From an uncultured delta proteobacterium (GTDB taxonomy: Bacteria > Desulfobacterota > Binatia > Binatales > Binataceae), in assembly GCA_963842085.1 (NCBI GenBank), contig CAWJET010000001.1:3136001-3200000 (forward strand): a DNA stretch of 64,000 nucleotides, written 5' to 3'. Below are positions 58,950-64,000 of this stretch, piece by piece (position 1 is the first letter of the stretch; each line of letters opens with the position of its first letter). The notes below the pieces were generated by a model. It did not search any database. It saw only the letters and a list, made by a program, of their open reading frames with translations, and was not told the origin of the DNA. The position numbers and the translations under genes are program-made.

Positions 58950-59705
58950 ATGACCTCTGTCGTGAAAATCGTTGACTTCCGGCCCGCCGTGCGCCGCCGC
59001 GTCCATGAGGATATCGCCGAGCAACTTCGCGACGCGATTCTCGACGGGCGCTTTCCCGCCGGAAGCAAACTGCCGCCTGAGCGCGAGCTGGCGACTGAAT
59101 TCAGGGTGAATCGCACGTCCATCCGCGACGCCATCAAAGTTCTCGAAGGACTAAGTCTAATACGCGTACGGCAGGGCGACGGGGCGACGGTGCAGCCGCT
59201 GGTTGACGCCTCGTTCGATCTGCTGCCGGCTATGATCTTTCACGGCGGACGCCTTGATGTTCGTGTGCTACTCGAGCTGCTGGAAGTTACAAGGCCGCTT
59301 TTGTTCGAGATGGCCAAGCTCGGACTGGAGCGATCAACGGACGCGCAAATTGAAGGTCTGTGCGCCTTGAGCGATCAGATGGCTGACGAGGATTTGAAAG
59401 ACGAGGAGCGCGCAGCCGCAGGACGCGAGCTGCTGGTCGCGATCGCGGATATGACGGGAAATCGCGTCTGGCGGATGCTTGCGCGTCGCTTGCGCGCTCT
59501 GCTCGCTTCCGATCCTTTGCAGGAGGCCAGGCGCAGAGTCCGCAAGGACCATGGACGTCTCGCCGCCTTTGTCAACGATTCGATCAGGCATCACAAGGCG
59601 GGCCGTCAAGAAAAGGCGCTGGCAGCGCTTCGTCGCGCGCTCGAAGTTCTCGGTCAAGGGTTCAACGATTACGCGCAAATCAGACCCGCGAAGGGCAAGC
59701 AATGA
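58950..59705 (+). CDS. FadR/GntR family regulator
   Basis: KLPPERELATEFRVNRTSIRDA..RQGDG; start approximate. Confidence 0.93.
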   Translation: MTSVVKIVDFRPAVRRRVHEDIAEQLRDAILDGRFPAGSKLPPERELATEFRVNRTSIRDAIKVLEGLSLIRVRQGDGATVQPLVDASFDLLPAMIFHGGRLDVRVLLELLEVTRPLLFEMAKLGLERSTDAQIEGLCALSDQMADEDLKDEERAAAGRELLVAIADMTGNRVWRMLARRLRALLASDPLQEARRRVRKDHGRLAAFVNDSIRHHKAGRQEKALAALRRALEVLGQGFNDYAQIRPAKGKQ

Positions 59706-59781
59706 TCCATTCATAAGCAGCAAGCACATTCCAGGAACTCAACCAACAAGATGGAAATTCCACACAGCTGAAGGAGGCTTC

Positions 59782-60879
59782 ATGAGCACCAATTCCGATA
59801 GCAACCCCGCCGGACTGTACCCTTGGCAGGAGCTTGCCGGATACGAGACTGCGATGGACGTCGCCTGGAACTTTTCTTACGAGATCGACAGCGAAAAGCT
59901 GCGCAACCTTTACTCGAAGGCGAAGCAAAACCAGTGGGACGCCGAGACTCAGCTCGACTGGTCGATCGAGATCGACCCGTCAAAGCCGATCGTCGGCGAG
60001 GGTCGCTTTCCGTTCCTGAGGGTGCCGTTCTTCCAGAAGTTGTCGAAGACCACGCGCGAGACGTTCGTCGCGCATGCGACCTGCCAGTTGCTGTCGCAGT
60101 TTTTGCACGGCGAGCAGGGGGCGCTGATGACCGCCGCCGCCGTGACGCACGCCGCGCCCGACTATGAGGCCAAGCTCTATTCCGCCAGCCAGACCTTCGA
60201 TGAGGCTCGCCACGTTGAGGTCTACGATGCCTACATCAGGAAGCTGGGACTGGTGTATCCGATCTCCGTCTGGCTGAAGGAGCTGATCGACGCGACGCTG
60301 CAGTCGCACAGCTTTGCCAAGACGATGGTCGGCATGAACATGATTGTTGAGGGGCTCGCCCTCGCCGCATTCCACAATATGCGCAAGCAGGCGTCTTGTC
60401 CGTTGCTGCGCTCGCTGACGGAGTACGTTCTGCGCGACGAATCGCGTCACGTGGCCTTCGGCAACGTTTACCTGCGAAAGACGATTGCCGACATGCACCC
60501 TGATGATCGCGAGGATGTCGCCCAGTTCGCATTCGACGCGGTCAAGGCGATGGCGGACGCTACCGGCGGCGCCGATGGGAAGGGTATGCCCAAGCCGGAC
60601 CCGGGTTTTCAGCTCGTCCTCGAGCGCAGCGGTATTGCCCTCGAAGACTTTCTCAAGGGACTGATGGAAGCGGGCGGCGCGGGTTTCGCCGCTCATCTGC
60701 CGCCGGGGCATATCCACGCCTTCCGCGATCTGATGATGCCCGCGCTTGTGCGTGTAGGTGCCGTGACCGAGCGAACACGCGAGCTCTACAAGAACGCCGA
60801 CATCCCGGTGTGGGACGATGTCCGCGTGCTCGAGTCGATGGAGGATGCCACCACCGGCGACATCCAGATGCCAAACTGA
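59782..60879 (+). CDS. Ferritin-like diiron protein (AurF-like), paralog of 51725-52717
   Basis: LYSKAKQNQW; SQFLHGEQGA; DEARH; VEGLA; DESRH; AAGGAGG RBS. Confidence 0.88.
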   Translation: MSTNSDSNPAGLYPWQELAGYETAMDVAWNFSYEIDSEKLRNLYSKAKQNQWDAETQLDWSIEIDPSKPIVGEGRFPFLRVPFFQKLSKTTRETFVAHATCQLLSQFLHGEQGALMTAAAVTHAAPDYEAKLYSASQTFDEARHVEVYDAYIRKLGLVYPISVWLKELIDATLQSHSFAKTMVGMNMIVEGLALAAFHNMRKQASCPLLRSLTEYVLRDESRHVAFGNVYLRKTIADMHPDDREDVAQFAFDAVKAMADATGGADGKGMPKPDPGFQLVLERSGIALEDFLKGLMEAGGAGFAAHLPPGHIHAFRDLMMPALVRVGAVTERTRELYKNADIPVWDDVRVLESMEDATTGDIQMPN

Positions 60880-61073
60880 TCTGAAGAGGGGCGGCACGAT
60901 CGAAGAGGCGCGGTGTCACCGCTCCGGCCTCGTCGCTGAGAGTCTGAGCTGGCGTGCCCGATGACGGTGAGCCACAAGGGACCATCACCGCCTGGGATGG
61001 CTCGCGGTTGCCGCTGGCTCGACTAGAGCCGCGACCGACCCCATTTCAGAAAGGCGATGGATGAGCGAATTTT

Positions 61074-61266
61074 GCTCGAAGCGTGAAGCGAACCGGCTTT
61101 TCTGCGCCTGGAGACAAACCCGAGAAATTCGCCGAATCGGCTGCAGGACTCGCGCTCTCCGGTTCGCATCGAGCGCACACGCGCCGCGTCACGCGGGGAT
61201 TTTCCGCTCACTCCAGATTGTGGGGAAGCACTACAGACTGTGTGGCGGAGCGAGGCGGATTCGAAC
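61074..61266 (-). repeat. Degenerate tRNA-Ser 3' end plus downstream hairpin, inverted copy of 52944-53127
   Basis: Reverse complement reads GTTCGAATCCGCCTCGCTCCGCCACACAGT..GTAGTG..CGCGTG..ACCGGAGAGCGCGA, collinear with 52944-53061. Confidence 0.85.
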
Positions 61267-62212
61267 TGTGCCTTCTCAAAACTTAATCTGCAGTGATTGA
61301 TTGGCGATTTCAAACGCCTGGCGATAGCCTGCCTGCAGGACAATGCCGACCGCCGACGCGCGTAACGAGCCTCGAACTCATACCGATCTGGTCCTGGAAG
61401 CGATTGCGCTGCGCCATCAGATTGCGGTGCTGAAGCGAAGCGGAACCCGCCGCCCCTGTTTCCGTCTTTGGGATCGATTGTTTTGGATCTTTCTGTCGTG
61501 GTGGTGGCCGAACTGGCACGAGAGCCTGCTGATCGTACAACCGGCAACGGTGCAGCGCTGGCGGTGTAATGGCTGGTCAGGGCTCTGGAGATACCGTTCA
61601 CGCGGTCGCTGGCGAGGCGGGCGCCCGAGAGTATCTCGGGAAGTACGTTGCTTGATCACCCGGATGGCCCGCGAGAACTTTCTGTGGGGCGCACCACGGA
61701 TCCACGGCGAGCTTCTCATGCTCGGGTTCCAAGTCTCTCAAGCAACGGTTTCGCGCTACCTGTCGACTTCAGGCCGGAGCACGGGCCAGTCGTGGCGAAC
61801 GTTTATTCGCAATCAGGCGATTGCCTTCAGCGACAAGGACATCACGGAGCACGAATACGGTGCAGAAGACCTGGGTTTGTCGGAGCATTTTGGTGGCGGC
61901 AGACCCATGCACTTTGGTGCAGGGATTGCGAGATTAGAGGCTGCCCCTTGGATCTCGCATGAGCCGATAAGACCTAGGCGGCATGCGGAAGGACTCACCG
62001 AGCGTCCTGGATGGCGCGCACGAGGTGCTCTGGTCCCCGTCCAGCGCTTGGGCTCCCCGTCTGGTCGCACGCTCAATTCTCATCTGAATCCTTTTCTAAC
62101 CGAGGTTCAGATGCGAGGTCCTCCTCATCACGCATGGGCGTCATCCAAGCTGCAGTAACGCTCGAATCGACAGGGTCGGTCTTTTGTGCGGACCAAGTTT
62201 TGAGGAGCGACA
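61267..62212 (+). mobile_element. Defective IS (rve-integrase/IS481-IS3-like) with TGT...ACA ends
   Basis: Left end TGTGCCTTCTCAAAACTTAATCTGCA; right end GTGCGGACCAAGTTTTGAGGAGCGACA. Confidence 0.75.
61343..62158 (+). pseudogene. Transposase N-terminal/HTH part lacking the DDE core
   Basis: LRHQIAVL; DRLFW; IVQPATV; ENFLWGAPRIHGELL; WRTFIRN, then unrelated sequence. Confidence 0.8.
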
Positions 62213-62432
62213 GCCCCACCGTAAGTGGCTCACGCAGCAACGGGTTTTCCTTGAGGTACAGCATTCCGAGGCACAGATAGAGGCTGGCGCGCCAGTAGGC
62301 GTCGATGTCGCGCAGCTCGTCCGGGCTGAGCGGCGTCCCTTTGATCGTCGAGCGGGCGGGACCATACGCCGATATCGTAGATGTCTTTTCGTCGTAAGGG
62401 ACGGCCTCCGACTTTCTTGCGACTGTGGTCAT
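62213..62432 (-). pseudogene. xfp: Phosphoketolase N-terminal fragment cut by the IS end
   Basis: IDAYWRASLYLCLGMLYLKENPLLREPL ends abruptly at the IS right end. Confidence 0.85.
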
Positions 62433-62478
62433 GGCCCGCACCTTCTCCTTTGAGCCCCGTGAAGCGAGGTAAGCACCC

Positions 62479-63651
62479 CTACAGGACAAATTCGGGCTGC
62501 GACGTACCCAACAGATATCCGCCCACCGCCTTTGCGAGCGGATCCGGAGACAGGTAGGCGTGCGCCATCGCCGCCTCGATGTCTTGAAAGCGCTGTTGTA
62601 GCGGGTGATCGACGAACACCGCGCGTCCAGTTGACGCCCGAAACAGATCGTTGATCGCCTGTGCGACCAAGTCGCATCCGTGGTTCATGTTCCAGCGCAC
62701 CTGCGCCTTGAGTTGCATCGGAACCGGCGCGCGGTCCTGCGCCATCTGCCACAATTCCGCTATGTCGGCTCGCAGTTGCCCGATCGTGACGTCGATAAGC
62801 CAGATCGCCTCGGCGAGCCGCCGCTGCATGAGAGCATCGTCGGCCGCCCTTCCGCCCAAGCTCAACTTGCGCTCGCGCGTCTGCGAAATCCACGCATCGA
62901 CGAACCCGCGTGAAGCGCCCAGCATCGAAGCAACCAGCGCCGTGTTAAAGACTACCGACCAGGGTAGCCGATAAAGCGGACCGCTGTTGCGCTCTTGCCC
63001 CGGCAGCGGCGCATTCATCGCGTAATCGATGAGAGACTGAGATCGATAATCAGGTACGAAAGCGCTTTCGACAATGATGTCTTTGCTGCCGGTGCCCTTG
63101 AGTCCGGCAACGTGCCAGTTGTCGTCGATGCGATATTGATCGCCCAACAAGAGAAAAGACCTGAAGTCCGGCACTGGTCTGCCCAGCACCTCGCGCGTGC
63201 CGCAAATCGCTCCCAGCATCACGCCGTGACAATGATCGCATCCGGACGAGAACGACCATCGCCCCGAAAGCTTGTAGCCGCCGGCCACCTTCTCCGCCTT
63301 GCCGGTAGGATTGTAAGACGAGGAGTGCATCAGGGCGGGGTCCTTACCCCACATCTCCTGCTGCGCTCTTTCATCAAAGAGAGCGAGCTGCCAGGGATGT
63401 AGCCCGATTACGCCGGCGATCCATGCAGCGGAAGGCGAAACGCGCGCGAGCTCGATCGTGGCGTCGACAAATTCCATCAGCGGTACTTCGCCGCCGCCCC
63501 ATCGCGCCGGCTGTAGCGATCGCAAAAAGCCGTTGTCCATCAGGATATTCCAAGTGCGATCGCTGAGCCTCCGGAGTGCGTTGTCCTCGGCGGCGGTCTC
63601 GCCAAGCTCCGGCGCGATCCGTCTTGCGGTCTCTACGAGTTCGTTCGTCAT
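62479..63651 (-). CDS. Flavin-dependent monooxygenase oxygenase component (HsaA-like)
   Basis: LQPARWGG; HPWQLALF; GRWSFSSGCDH; WHVAGLKGTGS; LQQRFQD. Confidence 0.9.
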   Translation of the reverse strand: MTNELVETARRIAPELGETAAEDNALRRLSDRTWNILMDNGFLRSLQPARWGGGEVPLMEFVDATIELARVSPSAAWIAGVIGLHPWQLALFDERAQQEMWGKDPALMHSSSYNPTGKAEKVAGGYKLSGRWSFSSGCDHCHGVMLGAICGTREVLGRPVPDFRSFLLLGDQYRIDDNWHVAGLKGTGSKDIIVESAFVPDYRSQSLIDYAMNAPLPGQERNSGPLYRLPWSVVFNTALVASMLGASRGFVDAWISQTRERKLSLGGRAADDALMQRRLAEAIWLIDVTIGQLRADIAELWQMAQDRAPVPMQLKAQVRWNMNHGCDLVAQAINDLFRASTGRAVFVDHPLQQRFQDIEAAMAHAYLSPDPLAKAVGGYLLGTSQPEFVL

Positions 63652-63657
63652 TGACTA

Positions 63658-64000
63658 TTACCTCCAGGATGAAGCGGCTTGGCTGGCACGCTCAGGCTGC
63701 ATTTCAGCCTCGATGGATCCGATGCGGTCTATCTCGACACGCACCTTGTCGCCTGCCTTGAGCCACTGCGGCGGCTGCATCGCAAGCCCGACGCCACCTG
63801 GAGTTCCCGTAAAGATTATGTCGCCGGGTTCCAGCGTCATGGCGCGGCTCAGGTGCGCGATCTGATCGTACACGTTGAACACGAGGTTCTGGGTATTCGA
63901 ATTCTGGCGCCGCTCGCCATTGACGAAACATCGGATGCCCATCGTGTGGGGATCGCCAATCTCCCCCGCGGTAACAATCCAGGGGCCGATCGGCGCGTGC
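63658..64000 (-). CDS. Fumarylacetoacetate hydrolase family protein (5' end outside window)
   Basis: APIGPWIVT..DPH; TLEPGDIIFTGTPGGVG; LKAGDKV. Confidence 0.92.
   Translation of the reverse strand, partial: HAPIGPWIVTAGEIGDPHTMGIRCFVNGERRQNSNTQNLVFNVYDQIAHLSRAMTLEPGDIIFTGTPGGVGLAMQPPQWLKAGDKVRVEIDRIGSIEAEMQPERASQAASSWR

Larger units (their letters stand above)
58862..62212. mobile_element. IR-bounded composite unit (GntR + diiron oxygenase + tRNA fragment + defective IS)
   Basis: TGTTCGTCCTCAAAACTTGGTCCGCAC (58862) versus the reverse complement of 62186-62212: 24/27 identical. Confidence 0.65.
52944..64000. mobile_element. Mosaic genomic island at tRNA-Ser (right end not resolved)
   Basis: Recombinase module, two IS types, a tRNA fragment, pseudogenes and catabolic cargo directly 3' of the tRNA. 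Confidence 0.75.

Noticed and set aside
61240-61266. Possible additional tRNA gene on the minus strand
   Set aside because: Only the T-loop and 3' acceptor strand are present; no D or anticodon arm
1-64000. CRISPR array, rRNA or prophage structural genes
   Set aside because: No regularly spaced repeat-spacer units, cas genes, rRNA signatures or virion genes seen

Overview
GC-rich bacterial chromosome segment. Gene order and content suggest a deltaproteobacterial-type lineage such as Candidatus Binatia (inference only). Core part (1-52.9 kb): smc (5'-partial), ftsY, zapB-like/zapA, a candidate 6S-type RNA, ygfA and rny; five tRNAs (Gln x2, Glu, Met, Ser); def; a GldAFG-like ABC system; a Co-type nitrile hydratase operon; meaB; ispE-tRNA-Gln-prs-rplY-dnaE-hflX-pgsA-like; tadA; many catabolic enzymes. 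Small accessory insertions lie 3' of tRNA-Glu (two GT-C membrane glycosyltransferases) and tRNA-Met (HEPN-like protein). From tRNA-Ser(CGA) at 52.9 kb to the window end is a mosaic island. It holds a DUF2924 + large serine recombinase module (IS-interrupted and frameshifted) with a divergent Zn-finger gene, a GH144-like hydrolase, and an IR-bounded unit with a GntR regulator, a diiron oxygenase and a defective IS. It ends with a truncated phosphoketolase and aromatic/steroid-type catabolic genes. Most notable: (i) a 'tRNA-Ser 3' end + ~190 nt hairpin' unit present twice in inverted orientation with compensatory base changes, possibly a structured recombination site or ncRNA of the DUF2924-recombinase element; (ii) one bipartite motif upstream of both divergent element genes; (iii) an apparent CTG start codon for hflX.
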